Below are positions 22,240 to 36,800 of a stretch of 64,000 nt of DNA, one piece after another. The position numbers were made by a program, and so were the translations under genes. Each line of letters begins with the position of its first letter. The first letter of the stretch is position 1. The notes beneath the pieces are model-generated. The model made no database searches, was not told the DNA's origin, and saw only the letters and a program-made list of their open reading frames with translations. Source of the DNA: Okamejei kenojei (taxonomy: Eukaryota); contig CM069146.1 of assembly GCA_035221665.1 (NCBI GenBank), positions 10,540,001 to 10,604,000 of the forward strand, in the 5' to 3' direction.

Positions 22240-24016
22240 ATTTATCCAAGCACACATAGACCAATGTGACCATCATTTATTGTCAGAAAATGATTGGAAG
22301 CTATGGCTAAGATCTAGCTCTGGGTAAGATGAACATCTAGAACATATTCAGAGAGAACCCGCATTGCTTTGTCATACGTGACAAAGTTGATTCGATTTTT
22401 GAAGAGGTTTGGAAAGTAACGGACAAGGAAATGTCCACGAATGTTATTTACATTGACCTTTAGAAGCCATTTGAGATCCGTCAGCTGGTTGAAGATCTAG
22501 GATTAGAAAGCAAATAGTTTACTTGATTTGGATGCAGGCTGAGTGCCAGGAGACTGGGAATAACGTATAATGGATTCAAATTGGCAGGACATTGCTGGTA
22601 CTGTCTAGAATGGATTTATTTTGGCATGCAAATGCTAACCTTATTCATAAATTGCTTCGATGATGGTTTAGAAACCCACAAATCCAATTTTCTTGATAAC
22701 ACAGAGAGAGATGGCAAAGAAAGCATGCAGATGGAAGCATTAGAAAATAAAGTAACTTTGATACAATAAGCAAATGGAAAAACAGATTTTCACCATGGAA
22801 AATATATTATCGCCTGCTTCAGATCACAAATAAACCATGGAATACTTTCCGAATGATGAAAAGTTAGAAACAATGGAAATACAATGTGATTGGGAGCCCA
22901 ACATATAATGATGATAGATCATGAAAAAAGTGCAGAAAATAATCAGAGGATAATTAAATGCTAGCCTGCGTGTCTGGAATAGAAGGGGAGACACTGCACA
23001 ACGCCTTAGTTAAATCACACATGAAGAACTGTAAGCAGTTCTGACATGGGAATTAATATTGAGTATAGAAGTTGGGAGGCCACGTTGCACATATAAAATA
23101 CATTGGTGAGGCCACATTTAGAGTACTGTTTAAGAAATAACTTCAGATGCTGGAAAAATCTAAGGTGGACAAAAATGCTGGAGGAATTCAGCAGATGAGG
23201 CAGCATCAATGGAGAGAAGGAATGGACAACAGTTCGTGTCGAGACCCTTCTTCATTCTGACGTCGGGGGGGGGCGGGAAAATGAAATTTGGTAGACTTGT
23301 GAAAGAGCTGGGAATGGGGGAGAAAGCAAGGTCTATCTGAAATTAGGGAAGTCAATGTTCATACCGCTGGGGTGTAAACTACCCATGCAAAATATGAGGT
23401 GTTGTTCCTACAATTTGCGCTGGGTCTCATGGAGGCCCAGGACAGAAAGGTCAGATTCGGAATTGGAAGGGGAGTTCAAGTGCTGAGCTGAAGTGCTGGG
23501 GTACTGTGTTCAGTTTTGGGAACCATGATAAAGGAAAGATGTAGTCAAGATGGAAAGGATGCAGAGAAGATTTACGAGGATGTTGCCAGGACTTGATTGT
23601 CTGAGATTTTGGGAGTAGGCTAGGAGCGCAAGAGGATGAGTATAGATGTATTCAAAACCATGAGGGGAATAGATTGGGTAAATACACAGAGTCTCTTGCC
23701 CAGAGTATGGGAATTGTGAACCAGAGGACATAGGTTTAAGGTGAAGGGAGGGGAAGATTTATTAGGAACCTGAGGAGTAACATTTTTATACACATAGAGT
23801 GGGGGGGTGTATGGAACAAGGCATCGGAGGAGGTAGTTGAAGCAGGTACTATCACAATGTATAAGAAACATTTAGACCCATACATGGATAGCATAGGTTT
23901 AGAGGGATATGGGCCAAATGCAGGCAGATGGGACTAGTGTAGATGGGGAATGTTGATTGGTGATGGCAAGTTGGGCCAAAGGGCCTGCTTCTACACTGTA
24001 TAACTCTGCGACTGTG
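22240..24016 (+). mobile_element. CR1 LINE fragments (RT and 3' UTR) with a nested PLE
   Basis: LVRPHLEYC/VQFW, ERMQRRFTRMLPGL and TRGHRFKV, then the 3' UTR TTGGGCCAAAGGGCCTG. The 22240-23040 part is older and more decayed. Confidence 0.8.
23128..23500 (-). mobile_element. PLE 3' fragment inserted in CR1
   Basis: Tail GTTTAAG...CAGATGCTGG, core GTCGAGACCCTTCTTCA and a GIY-YIG C-terminal remnant. GTACTGT is repeated at 23123-23129 and 23501-23507. Confidence 0.8.
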
Positions 24017-25384
24017 AGAAAATATGGATAATACAGCTTTAAAGTGAAGATTTATTTGAAGATACTTGGATGCTCATGGTTAAATTACACACTGGGGTTT
24101 TATTCCCAAAATACAGATAACAACTGGTTAATCAAATCAAATTTCCAGATGTTATGGAAAAATGATCGAGCAATTAGGCATAAGCAATTACTGCCAGTTG
24201 GAGAATCTAAAACTGGGGGCTGAGACTATAACTCGGCATTAGGAAATACTTCTAGTCGTTTGTTCACTCCAACTTTAAATACAGAAGTTTGGGAACAATC
24301 CTCAGCATATAGGTTAATGCATCCAAAAACAGAAAACTACAGATGTTGGAAATTGGAATAACACAGAATATTCCAGAAATACTCAGCATTTCAGGTTGAG
24401 CATTTATAGAGAGAGGGAATGGACCGTAGGTCCATGAGTGGCCAAGGGCAATCACTGCTATCCAATAGGGGGCAACATGGTTTGCTATGGTATTCACAAG
24501 GACATCATATTTGGAGCATTAGTTGCAGGTTCATGTACGTGTCATTTGAGAGTATTATCAATGATACCTGGGACTCTGCTGATGTCTCACATCAGATAGA
24601 TTGGGTAGTCATCCAATTGATTACATTTCTATATTTTTGTTCCGACATATCTCGGCAATTTTTAATTTTGTCTTGGAGATCCCAGTGACGACTAGAGGTG
24701 CCGCATGTTCTGGAATGCAAGTCTTTAGTTCTACAATCAAGATGGCAAGACATTGCCTTGCCCACCGTCTTTATAGTCTCCAGAGCTCCAGACTGTTTTT
24801 GAATCAAATTGATTGAAGCCTGATTTCTGTGACAGTGGTGATCTCAAGTGGAAACAGATGCTTGATGCATAATGTTGTTAAATAAGATGTGGATCCAGTA
24901 ATGCACGGAGACAAAAGGTTTTCGAGTCAGGATCCTGCGCAACTTGGAGGAAACCAACACGTGAGGATGTTCCATTTGTCCATTGCCCTTGCACTTCTTG
25001 GCGGTAGAGGTCATGGTGTCAGACTAGCCCAAGCATGGAACTTCCATGCATTTTGATTACTTCTAGAGCAATATTTTTAAGAATGCTTCAGTCTTTTATG
25101 GCCCTACCATCATTGAGATGTATGCTAGTAACTGAACAATGCATTGCTTTAAATTTCTAACAAAAAGCAGACTGATATAATCTCAGTCTGTATCACTTGC
25201 TCTTTGGAATACCAATGCACCTCATGATGCAATATCTTAATGGCTTTGGCACAATGTAGGCGAAGGCAGTGTAAGCAAAGAGATAACCTCAATGCAAGAA
25301 AAACAATCCATAGATGCAAATTCATAGCAGAGCTGTGAGTTGATAACGTGGAATTAAAAAATGCCAGGCACAAGACATACAAGC

Positions 25385-25590
25385 TCAAGACATCACAAAG
25401 CACTTTACAGCCAGTGAAATACTTTTTGATGTTGAGTTCACAATTGCAACTGCTGTAATGTAGAAATGTACGGTCAACCTCCACACATCCGAGTCCCACG
25501 ATCACCAATGTGATGACAACCAGATAATCTGTTATTTTAAGTGATATTGATTAAGGGATACATATTAACCGTGATCATAGCCCCTTTTTC
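25385..25590 (-). mobile_element. Deu-domain SINE (SacSINE1/AmnSINE-like) fragment
   Basis: CAAAGCACTTTACAGCCAGTGAAATACTTTTTGA...TGTAATGTAGAAA...CCAGATAATCTG matches my recollection of the Deu core. Confidence 0.6.
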
Positions 25591-26039
25591 TTACACTTCA
25601 GTGCCTTGTAGCAGAGATTCTATATATTGTAATTTCAGCATCATTGCAGCTGTTATAATGTGATGGAGATATGCTTTCTGTGATTTCCAAAGGGAAACTT
25701 GTTTTCTCTGTACTATCAGTTGTCTTATATTTAATTTTACAAACTTTTTTTTGTGTCCTTTCTTCTGAATTGGGTAGCATCTGGGCTCTTGAAAAGATTG
25801 GTTATGACTCCTGGTACATCTAAATCAACTGGTTGCAGTCACATGATGTTGTCCTTGTTACTGAAGGAAGGCTTTGGGAATAATGGTTCCATGGCTGACA
25901 CAGGGTAGAACCATCTCCACCATCTCCACCATTGGCCACCATCTCCGTTTCAATCAACACATCAAATCAAGTAAGATTTCTGTTTGCCTTACTGCTTTGA
26001 TTAGCTTCTTTTGTCACTTGAACCACAAACAAACATTCC

Positions 26040-26400
26040 ATCTCAGGTCACTGACATTGGTTCATATTCTTCCACTAAATTTGAATGCCTTTTGCAGAGA
26101 CAGACATGGTGATATCTCTACCGCTTTCAGCTCACTGCTGCAAGTAGTCCATGTGTCAGAGACATATCGGAGAGCAAGGGTAACTGGAGCACATTGACCA
26201 TGATTTTTGTGCTGGCTCCAAGATGACTAAACATAGCAAATGGTTATGCTAGTGCATTGAAGGAAATGGTGAATTTGGTCATCGCAATCTTCCCTGATAC
26301 AGAGGGATACGGGAGAGCTGGTCATGTTTTAAGGGTGTCATTAATCACCTTTATTGTCTAAGGACAGTATTGCACAGCAAGGTCAATTTGATGGAGGACT
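26040..26400 (-). mobile_element. Old RTE-clade LINE fragment
   Basis: Decayed TKIMV, YVSDTWTT and TNVS motifs on the minus strand. Confidence 0.5.
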
Positions 26401-29029
26401 TATTTTGCCATTGTTAATTGTACGGCATCTTCTCTCCTCTGCTTCAGTGAATAAGTCAACAATGACTCTTTAAACATGCACATATGATAGCATGACCTGC
26501 ATACTAAAGCTTCATTATATAAGTTGGAGTAACCTTGATTCTGGAGTGGAGGTGATCCATTTTTTTCCATTTGATCCATTCCATTTTCCATTATTCCAGT
26601 GGGATAAGTGGTGGAACGATATACAACAATTTGGTAATAAAGACTGAGAAATGCGTGTGCTTCGCACCACCCTGCACTGAAATTGGGTCTACTGTGGTCC
26701 TGTTGATTAGGGGTCTGGGTTGGACACCATCATGAAACGGATGCAAATGGAAACAGATTTCTGCACAGACAAACTTGAGAAAGATGCTTCTCAATCCCAC
26801 TCTGCATACAGAGAGGGATTGTGAAGTCCTGGCATGAACTTTTCCAATATGAGAGAAGTGAGATCATACATTTATCACCAAAATTCCTCTTCTTCAATTT
26901 TTGGGGCCTGCTGAAGCCTCCTGTAACAAGGTAGGGCTGCAGCCAGGTGTGTTGGGGTCGGGATGGGGGGGGTCGGGAGTGAGATGATCTGCAGCAGGTC
27001 TGGAGGGAAGAGTAGAAGGGGTGCAACCAGGGGTGCTATAGCATACTACAATGTAATCACCTGTGGTTTCTTGCAGCTTGTGACTGGATGCTGAACTTAC
27101 GGCGTAACACTACTCAGTTAATGGTAGATTGCAGTGTTCCTCCAGCTGAGAGATATACCTGTATCATTTTACAGTACCATCTTGATGCACACTTTGAAAC
27201 TTATTTCCATAAGGAAGACTGCTTTGTGATTTCCCTTCCCTGCTGCATTCAATATTTGCACACTTTCAACATCATCTTTCAGTTCAAGAATTCTATTCCC
27301 CATGGAAAATCCCCAGTGCATCCTCTGCATGTTATCATGGAAGTGCATACCCACAGGCTTGCTGGGAAGACTCCTTGTCCTTGACCCACCATTTTCTTTC
27401 TGTACCGACCAAAAAAAAATCATAGTACGCAATTCCCCTGTGCATTTGCACTTTGACTCACAATTTGGTCTACTACATGCAGATTTACACTATCTACCTT
27501 GTTTTAAATTTGCTTGAAATATCCATCAGTGAGCTTCAAGAACAAGTGCTGCTGTCTAGTAAAGTGAACACTGCAGCAAGCCTGCAAGCTCTCCTTGGTT
27601 CCATTTGATTTGACAAGCGGGTTCAACTCAGAATATAGTTCTTCAGCCTGCCGTTGGGCAATTCAACATTCAGGTTGGATTTTCTGTCACGTTTTGTTCT
27701 TCAGAATGAAAGAATACCACTCTGATTTTTGATTTTCTGATTCTTTTTCTTTTTTATTTTAAACATCCGATCCTCTTTGCCAATTGTAACTAATCTGAAA
27801 TGGGTCCTTGGATACTGCTGGAATGCTGCTATGTTTTCTGTACCATAACTGTTCCAGAATATAGAGGCATCAAAGAGAACTGCCTTTCCTAACTCTTGCA
27901 ACACGAAGCTCCATATACATGGTGCTTTCATCATTTATATGTGAAGTACCTACTGTACATGACACATTTACATAACTATATACAGATACTACATGTTGTA
28001 ATTCATACAATGACTGGTCATAATTCTGTCAAATGTTACAAAGAACATTGGCCAGCACTAGGGCTGAGACACAGAAGATGACGGCAACTCAATCCTTACG
28101 CTCTGTCACACATTCCATCATACTCGTGACACAATCACTTCTGTTTGGTGTCGACACGCATGTTTCAAAAGCCATTCTGCAAACACCGTGAGGAGTAATG
28201 TATTAGAAAACAATTACAAAAAAGGTGCAGCAGAGAGATCCACTGATGGCATGGAAAAAAGTGATGAATGTGGTTTGGAATGTGAATTTGTGGTTAACTT
28301 CAATGTTGAGATTGTAACTACGCAGATAACTGTCAACAGAACGATGGTGATCTGGGAATCATAGTGGGATGGTGAATTGGACGACAGTCAGTGAAAACAT
28401 TGTCTGCTAATTTCTTCCCTGCCAGAGATGGGCTCCCTACAAGAATCTTTGGCCCCTTCTTCCCCCTCACATATTTTTCCCCCCACACTCTTCTGGTAGT
28501 TTCATATGTTTTTGTATCCTCTTTTCATTCTCATAGATATCCTGAATTCCTTGGATGTTAGTCAACAAATCATCTACATCCATAATGAAGTCAAAACAGT
28601 CATTCCTTCTGCAAAATCCAATCAATTTAGACTTGGTTACACAGTCATACCGTACAGAAACAGCCCTTTGAACCAACTTGCCCATACCGACCTAGATGCC
28701 CCATCAAGGCTAGTCCCATTTACCTATGTTTGGCCCATATCCCACTGCATGAGATCTGGAAAAAAGTAAAGAGATCCTGAACTAAAATCAAACTGCTGTA
28801 CGTACTCAACAAACCAGGGAGCATTTATGCATGGCAATGGCCAGATAGTGTTTCTGGTCCAAATATCTGCATATTCTCCTTTCATAGCATGGGTAAGGAT
28901 CCTACTTGCTGTTAATCGATGCATGTTTAATACATGCATTAGCTACATTATAGAGGTCAGATTTGTTACTGCTAGTGTCATACCCGTAAGGTGCAAGATT
29001 TGATGTTACATTCAGCCAACTCTACATAT

Positions 29030-29094
29030 TTCTCTAATGTATTAGAGTACGATGACAAAAAAAAAATTCTCTAATGTATTAGAGTACGATGACA
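29030..29094. repeat. 28-bp direct duplication separated by an oligo-A run
   Basis: TTCTCTAATGTATTAGAGTACGATGACA occurs twice. The unit contains the inverted repeat CTCTAAT-GT-ATTAGAG. Confidence 0.9.
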
Positions 29095-29463
29095 GCAAAG
29101 AGAGCCACTCAGGGGATGGAAACGAGCGAATGCTTGCTTGTGCGCAAGCAACCAATCCACTTTCTCTATATGGTAAATTCATGCAACAATCAGTCTTCAT
29201 TTTGGCAATCGTGGAAACCAAACAGTGGATATTAAGGAGTTGATTCACTGCTGCCTTAATATTTCAGATTGATGCTTTTTAAATACAGTTGTAATAACAG
29301 CAATGTGTTCCAATATTTCCTTTGAATGTTTAAAGAGTCAAACATAGCAACGTAAGAGAATTCAAAAATAAGCCACAAGTAGTTATTCAGACATCCAAAA
29401 GCTTGTTTAAATTAGCTGATACGAAACATCCCAGAGGAAGATCAAGAAGGTAAGAATGAGGAT

Positions 29464-30003
29464 ACAATAAACTGCAAATGTTGGTTTATCAAATAAGACA
29501 CAAAGTGCTGGAGCAACTCAGCACATCAGGCAGAACTGGTTGGAAGCCTTCTTCAGGTAGAAATGTGGAGAGATTTAGGAAGGAAAACTCTGGAGAGAAG
29601 TGAATGGGTGACATTTCGGTTCAAGACCCTTCTTCAGACTAGTTAGGGATAAGGGAAACAAGAGATATAGACGATGATGTAGAGAGATAAAGAACAATGA
29701 ATAAAAGATTTGCAAAAAGGTAACGATGATTAAGGAAACAAGCCATTGATTGCTGTTTGTTGGGTGAAAACGAGAAATTAGTGCGTCTTGGGTGGAGGAG
29801 GAATAGACGGAGAGGGAATGCCGGGGCTACCTGAAGTGAGAGAAATCAATATTCATACCACTGGGCTGTAAGCTGCCCAAGCAAAATATGAGATGCTGTT
29901 TCTCCAATTTGCATTTAGCCTCACTCTGACAATGGCGGAGACCTAGGACAGAAAGGTCTGTGTGGGAATGAGAAGGAGAATTCAAGTGTTTATCAACCAG
30001 GAG
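29464..30003 (-). mobile_element. PLE 3' fragments (GIY-YIG end and terminal repeat)
   Basis: Homologous to 56440-56890. It contains GACCCTTCTTCAGAC and a KLEKQHLIF-type coding remnant. Confidence 0.8.
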
Positions 30004-30942
30004 ATTTTTTTTTTGTAATGGATTAACCAGCTTTATTTAGATTAAGAAAGTTAAAAAAAATTAGATGCATGGAACCAAAACTGTGTTATCTTGCCTCGAA
30101 AACACATTGGGCTTGATCTTGATGTCTGTACGCATCCTGTCAAATATAAATCTCAGACATACTAGCAGATTTGAAAGGCCAACTCTGTCCGTTTGAACCA
30201 TTACAGGAGTCCCGGTGGGAAGGATAAAGCTCCTCTGTTACTATACCATCAGAACAACAGTACAATCCTAAATTCCATTGATCTTAATGGGTTTATAGAG
30301 CCAGGAATGTGGAGGCAAAAGAGACGGGTAAATAACCATTTTTCATCAACTATTTTGGATTATTTTAATATCTTTCAAGAATTATATTGTGATTTGTGAT
30401 GTTTTAGTTCATAAAATATTGGATTTTTTACTACTTAGTAAATGTCTTTGAATGTTGCCAAATAATATTTGTTAAAAATCTCATACATCATTTAGAGTCA
30501 ACAACACTGCCTGGCTACACTGATTGTCAGAGGCTTTTTTGGGGGGAGGGGGGGAAACAGGATTTCTTCATTACACTGCCAGAGTCTCATCACCATTCAG
30601 ACCATGCCACTGAGCTTCAGGTTGCTTCAGACCAGTATAAGTTCCATCCTGAATTCAAACTAGGGAAGTACCGTAGAGGAGATCGTCTGGCAACAATTTT
30701 ACGCTGAGTCACCAGCATATCAAGATCAAGTCCAGTGTGACTTTTATGACAAGCTAACAGTTCTGGTTCCAAGAACCACTGCTGAATGGGAAATCCACAA
30801 TATCTTTCTTAATATATTAACCTAATAAAAACCATAAACTGACATTTTAGAGCTCAACAGAAAGTAAACAAGTTATTATTATTTTTTTTTCAAAAGATGT
30901 TCAATTCCTTTCCAGTTCCAAATTTACAAACTTAAAATACAT

Positions 30943-31620
30943 CAAGCCAAGTCTTGTTTATTGTCAGTAGTGTAAGTATGATGTGGTGCAGGTACAATGA
31001 AAAACCTTACTTACAACACCATCACCGCAACATAGACTCCGACAAACAAATTATGCACAAATTACACATTATAGGTATCATTTCCAAAGGAAAGAATGTG
31101 CAAAACACAAAATATTGGTACAAAAATATAATTAGAAAAAAAGTACATGGTAGTGCCAGAGGTGGACCAGAGTGTTTTGTCATTGGGGTGCCTTTAGAAT
31201 TAATTAATGAATTAATGAATGAATAAATTTATTGGCCAAGTATTCACATACAAGGAATTTGCCTTGGTGCTCTGCCCAAGTGGTAATAACATAAAGTGAC
31301 AGTTAAGAATGACACATAAAACATTAAACATTAATAATAAAACATTATTGATTAAACATGTGAAATACATTTATATACCAGAGCAAAAGCAGGCTACAGA
31401 TTTTTGGTTATTGAGTAGAGCCACTACTCGTGGAAAAAGGCTGTTTTTATGTCTGGCTGTGGCAGCTTTGACAGTCCGGAGTCGCCTTCCAGAGGGAAGT
31501 GATTCAAAGAGTTTGTGGCCAGGGTGAGATGGGTCAGAGATGATCTTACCCGCTCGCTTCCTGGCCCTTACAGTGTACAGTACGTCAATGGAGGGAAGGT
31601 TGCAGCCAATAACCTTCTCA
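30943..31620 (-). mobile_element. Rex1/Babar LINE 3' ends; a younger copy (~31205-31620) is nested in an older one
   Basis: The minus strand reads LPSGRRLRTVKAATARHKNSLFPRVVALLN, with an (ATTC)n-like tail near 31205-31225. Confidence 0.75.
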
Positions 31621-33782
31621 AGAACCTGTTCTAGAACCTAAGTCAACTTTCAGACAAGCCTGTACAAAAGCAAGTTAAATTTCAAACCAAAGCAAGCAAA
31701 AGATTGTTCATATGTGCAAATGAGCGACCAACTCTGGTGTACCTCATATAACTGTGACTATGAACTATAAGTAATGTTATGTCAAATCATCCCAAAATGG
31801 TCCAATTCAGCAGTCGATTCAATTTCTGCAGCTGTCTGCTCCATCAAGTGAATCCTGATGCTGATGTTTGCTCTGAAGTCCAGATGTTGGCTTTGGACAG
31901 ACTCTGTACTCCCATTGCTTTCACTCCAGTCTTAAACTAGAATTGAAAACCCCTGCTCATGGCTGAGTTATAGCTATACTTCTCCATAGTACATTGCTAT
32001 AGAAATTCCATTTCAATCGCAGCTTATAAATGTTATTGCAGTATTCATCAACTGAATTTTATAAATGTATAGGAAAAGGTTGCCACCACTCAGCCTGAAA
32101 AATTGTTAGTGAAAGAAAAATTAGGCTATGCTCGGAGTCAAGCAAGAGAGCAATGATCGAAAATCATAAAGTATGGGTTCCTAAGCTGCCAAAGGGTCTT
32201 CATTAAATCCAACATACTCTCTGCCTTAAGTTATCCTTATCCATGGCCTTGTCCAGTGTCAGTCCATTCTGCCTGCACTTTGATTGCTATCCGCAGTACT
32301 GCTTTCACCTCATCTTAATGCACTGAGTCATCTTGCTGTCACCTGGTGACACAAAGCAGCTGCAGAATCCCATCATGGTGTGCCCTGCTGAATTACAATA
32401 AACTCGCCATGATGTAGAGGATACAGCTGTTCATCCAAAAACCTTGCATATTTGAGGATCTGTACGAAACACACAGCATTTTGAATAGTACAGAAGGGTT
32501 TATACCCATTTCCAAATCATAACACAGCGACATTGTACACACTTAAAATGTTCACTGGAATCAGATTTTTTTTTCATATGCTCAGCATGTTAAATTATTT
32601 TGAAAAATTCCATTTCAATTACCCATTGATGTCGTACTTTGGTGCTGTATATTATTGGCTACTAATATTTAGGTTTGAATATCAGAAGTATGACCAAGAA
32701 TGATATTGTAAAAGGTAGGGCAAGCACTCCAGAATAACCATTTAATTATATGAGCACGATATGAATTTATGAATCATACTCCAAAAACATTACGATGCAG
32801 CAGTGTGCACCTCTTCAAAAGGTCAATTTTAATCTACTGCCTTTGCCATTTAGTTAGTTAGTTTTAGTGAGTTTAGTTTATTGTCACATGTACCAAAGTA
32901 GAGTGAAACGTTTTTGTTGCATGCTAACCAGTCAGCAGGAAGACTTTAATCAGACTTGGGTAGTGTGCATTTCCATCAGAATCAACATTCAGTTTGCTGT
33001 GGCAAGTAACATCCACACTACAACATTCCCAGACAATGGGCATTTCTGACAAGGGAAAATGTACCCATGATATTCAATGGCACTACCATCACTGTGAATC
33101 CTCCCACACCCTGCACCATCCACATTTTGGGGAGTCACTACCAAACCAGAAACTTAACTGGATGAACCACAGGAATAAAAACAGCATGCTGCCACAGAAG
33201 TGTCATCTGTTTGAAGATCTGACCGATTAACTCTCTATCTTTCTCCACAGATCTGCCTAATCTGCTGAGTATCACTGGCACTTTCTGCTTTCTTTTCAGA
33301 TTCTCAGCTTTAACAGTCCTTTGCTTCTCAGCCACATAACAACTAGACACATGAGCTGATCAGAGGCTGGAATTCCCTGCTGAGCAACTCCTGATGTCTA
33401 ATGCCTTCCTACCATGTACATGATGGAATACTCTCCAATTGTTTGATGACTGCAGCTCTAAGCCACACATCACCGTCCAGGACGAAGCGGCCCACTTGAA
33501 AGACATACCATGCACCACTCTAACGACTCATTCTCTCTACCACTGGTGCACTGTGACTACAACATACACAGCAAATACTCACCCCAACGTCTCTGACAGC
33601 ACTTGCAAACTACACCACCAAGGACTGCAGAAACTTAGCAACATCAACAACTGCATTTCCCGCCAAGTCACTCACCATCCTTACTTTGAAATATAATGAT
33701 GTTATGAGGATGGGATATCTCAAGTCCTGTGACTGATTATTGTATAAAAGTTTCTCTTTTCAAGTATTCCATGCATAAAAAT

Positions 33783-33920
33783 GGGTCCCAAACCAAAACC
33801 TCACTTATCCATGTCCTCCGGAGATGCTGCCTGACCCGCTGAATGTGCCTAATCTGCTGAGTATCACTGCAGATTTGTATCCCTTTGTGTAAATCAGCAT
33901 CTGCAGTTTCTTGCTTCTAC
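33783..33920 (+). mobile_element. PLE terminal-repeat fragment
   Basis: GGAGATGCTGCCTGACCCGCTGA...CAGCATCTGCAGTTTCTTG. Confidence 0.65.
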
Positions 33921-36535
33921 TTAATCTAGGGGACCTTTGGATAGGGTTTCCAACCCACCCCGCCTATCTATATTGCATTTTTTTTTAAACCCATACATTG
34001 CTGTGCACATAATGTAAACGTTTCTATATGCACAGTTACGATAGAAGCAACCCACCTAAACACATAATACCTGTATACGCATGTATACCCTCCTCCCAGT
34101 AAAGGTCCCACAGCACCCATCTGTGTTTCAGAAGATAATTAGAATGTACCATTGTACCATGCCTATGCAAGCAGCACCCATTATGCCTGTAAACTTACTT
34201 AAAAGGGCAAAATGCGCGACATTCACAAATACATGTTTATGCCATGTCAATCATTTTCCACCTTTATCTTTGCTTGACCTAAAGAATATTTTCTCTTTTC
34301 ATTCTGAGACAAAACCATTTAGACTCTTACTCCATTTATAAAGTTGTTGTTGCCACTCCAGATGGCATACTTTTGTACAACACGGGGAAAATGCACATGC
34401 TGAACTATTCTAAACAAATTTGAATGTGTAAGCAAAATACACTGGTTGATAGAATCTTGAAAAAGAAACAGAAAATGTTGGGAAATACTGAGCGATTCAA
34501 GGAATATCTGTGGCGAGAGAATAAGAGCTAATATTTTGATTGATAATCTTTTATCGGAACTGAAAAATGTTAATGGCAGAACGGGAGGTATGAGGAGATG
34601 AGGGTGGGAAATGGGGCCGTCTGTTTGGAAGAGAGGATAGGTTGAACAGCAAATGCTGCAAATCCTGTAAAAGTGGAAAAAAATGGTAAAGAGAAAGGCT
34701 TGGATGGGCATAGCAGAATCACGACCTAAGAATGCAGCCCAAAACAATAAAACGTGGGAGCAGTGGTTTTAATCGCACATTGTTTGAATGTAATGTTCAT
34801 TCTGAATGACAGCCCATCATAATCAATCATGTAATATTCAACTTTAAGGTGAAGTTCTTCAGATGACAGAGAGGCAAGGTGAAGAATTATCATTTGATGT
34901 CTGAGCTTTCTCAGGGGGAATTAATGGAGGTGTTATGCAAATTCAGCACCCAATCTGTATTTTGTCTGCTTAATATTGAGGTAACCACGTTTTGAGCTAA
35001 TTAAAATGAGAGACATACAAGTAAATTGCTGTTTCACTGAGAAATAGTGGAAAGATATACATTGTAGCATAACTTGTGTTTTCATAGGAAGTTTGTTAGA
35101 TTATCAATAAAGTGCACCCATTTCTTAAAAATGCAGAAAGCTGAGGGGACAGAAAGATGGTTTTGATGGTGGCATGATACTGAAGATACAATGAACAAGC
35201 ACACAGTGCTGGAGTAGCATCAGCAGGTCAGGCAGCATCTCTGGAGAACATGGGTGGGTAACCCTTCCTCAAACTGATTGTTGTGGGAGTAGAGGGAAGT
35301 GGATGGAGAAACAATGATCAGTTGTATATGGGGACAAACTGGTAAGGTGAGGGGAATCAATTCTGGAAGAGTTGGAAATAGGTGAGAACAAAAGTGTGAG
35401 AAATGGGACAGACACTCTCAAGAGCAGTTTCCATACATCAAAGAAATGGAGGAAGGGTGGGAAGAGTTCAAATTGGATTATATGACAGTGAAGGGAGAAT
35501 GGAAATTGGATGCAAAGATGGAAAGAACAGTAAATAGTTCCTAATTCAATGATCACCATATCAGAAAAACAGGCGAGGGAGAGAAAAAGTGCAGGATTTA
35601 ACCAAAATATTAATCACAAATCTCACAGCATGGCACACATGGCTTGAACCGACAAGGATTACTCTAGTGACACCTTTGATCTGCAGAGTTAATGGAGTCA
35701 GAAGAGAAGCTGTTGACTATAAAATGTTCTGGGGAACTATCACTAAAATTCAGCACTCCAATTCCAATGTGACCCATTTCCTTCACTGTTCCAAAGAAGC
35801 TCAATATAGGTTCCTATTTCAATTGAGGACTTCATAACCTTTCGGACTGTGCATGCAATTCAGCAATTTCAGAACATATCTTCTGTTCCCATTTTCTTCA
35901 ACAGCGAGTATCGAAAATGGTCTTGCAGTGCTAATGTATTCTTTTTCAATACCACCTTTTCTATCTAGGCATCTCATTTTCAAAAAGCAAAACAAACTGC
36001 AGACACAGTAAATGTTTCTGAAAATATTCAGGTCAGGCAGCATCTTGGAGGGAATAAAGGGTTAATGTTTCAAGTTGTTAACCTTCGAATGAATGCGTCA
36101 TAGGCATTTATTCCAGCATACAAACATATAAATGAAAGGTAGGAATAGGCCATGACCTAGATTCAGCCCAACATTTCCTTATAAGACCAGCCACCCATTC
36201 CAGGTATAGGTTGGATAAATCTTCTCTGAATTGCTTCAATTTCTTCCAATACTCATCAGCGAGTATATAATGTGAAGTAATGAAGAGATAGGGAAAAGTC
36301 ATCCTCCACATATGCAGCATGACCTGTTGACACTATCCAGCAGTTTTATTTCATGATCACCATTTGCTTCAGACAGTCCATCAACCCTCTTCTTATTTAA
36401 TTTCTCTTGTAATTTTTCAGTTCTAATGAATGATCATTCACCTGAACAGTTTCTCCCCAGAGAGAAGTCATTTGTTCCTCGTCAAGTCATTTGTGGCACT
36501 TTACTTACTTTGAAACAGAAGGAAATGAATCCATT

Positions 36536-36800
36536 TTGTTTAGTTTAGATTAGAGATACAGCGTGGAAACGTGCCTTTCAGCCCTCTGTGTCTCATTCTA
36601 TCCCACACACTAGGAACAATTTACAGAAGCCAATTAACCCAAAAACTGCACATCTTTGGAACGTGGGACGAAACTGGAGCATCCGGAGAAAACCCACCTG
36701 GTCACAGGGAGAATATACAAACAACACTCATAGTCAGGGTCGAACACCGGGTTCTGGTGCTGTAAGACAGAAATTCTACTGTTACGCCACTGTGCTGCCC
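36536..36800 (-). mobile_element. HE1-type V-SINE
   Basis: Reverse V-domain GGACGAAACTGGAGCATCCGGAGAAAACCCACCTGGTCACAGGGAGAA, a tRNA-like head near 36735-36800 and a CR1-like tail. Confidence 0.75.

Noticed and set aside
24420-25130. Mixed decayed repeat-like sequence
   Set aside because: Too diverged to assign a family by eye.
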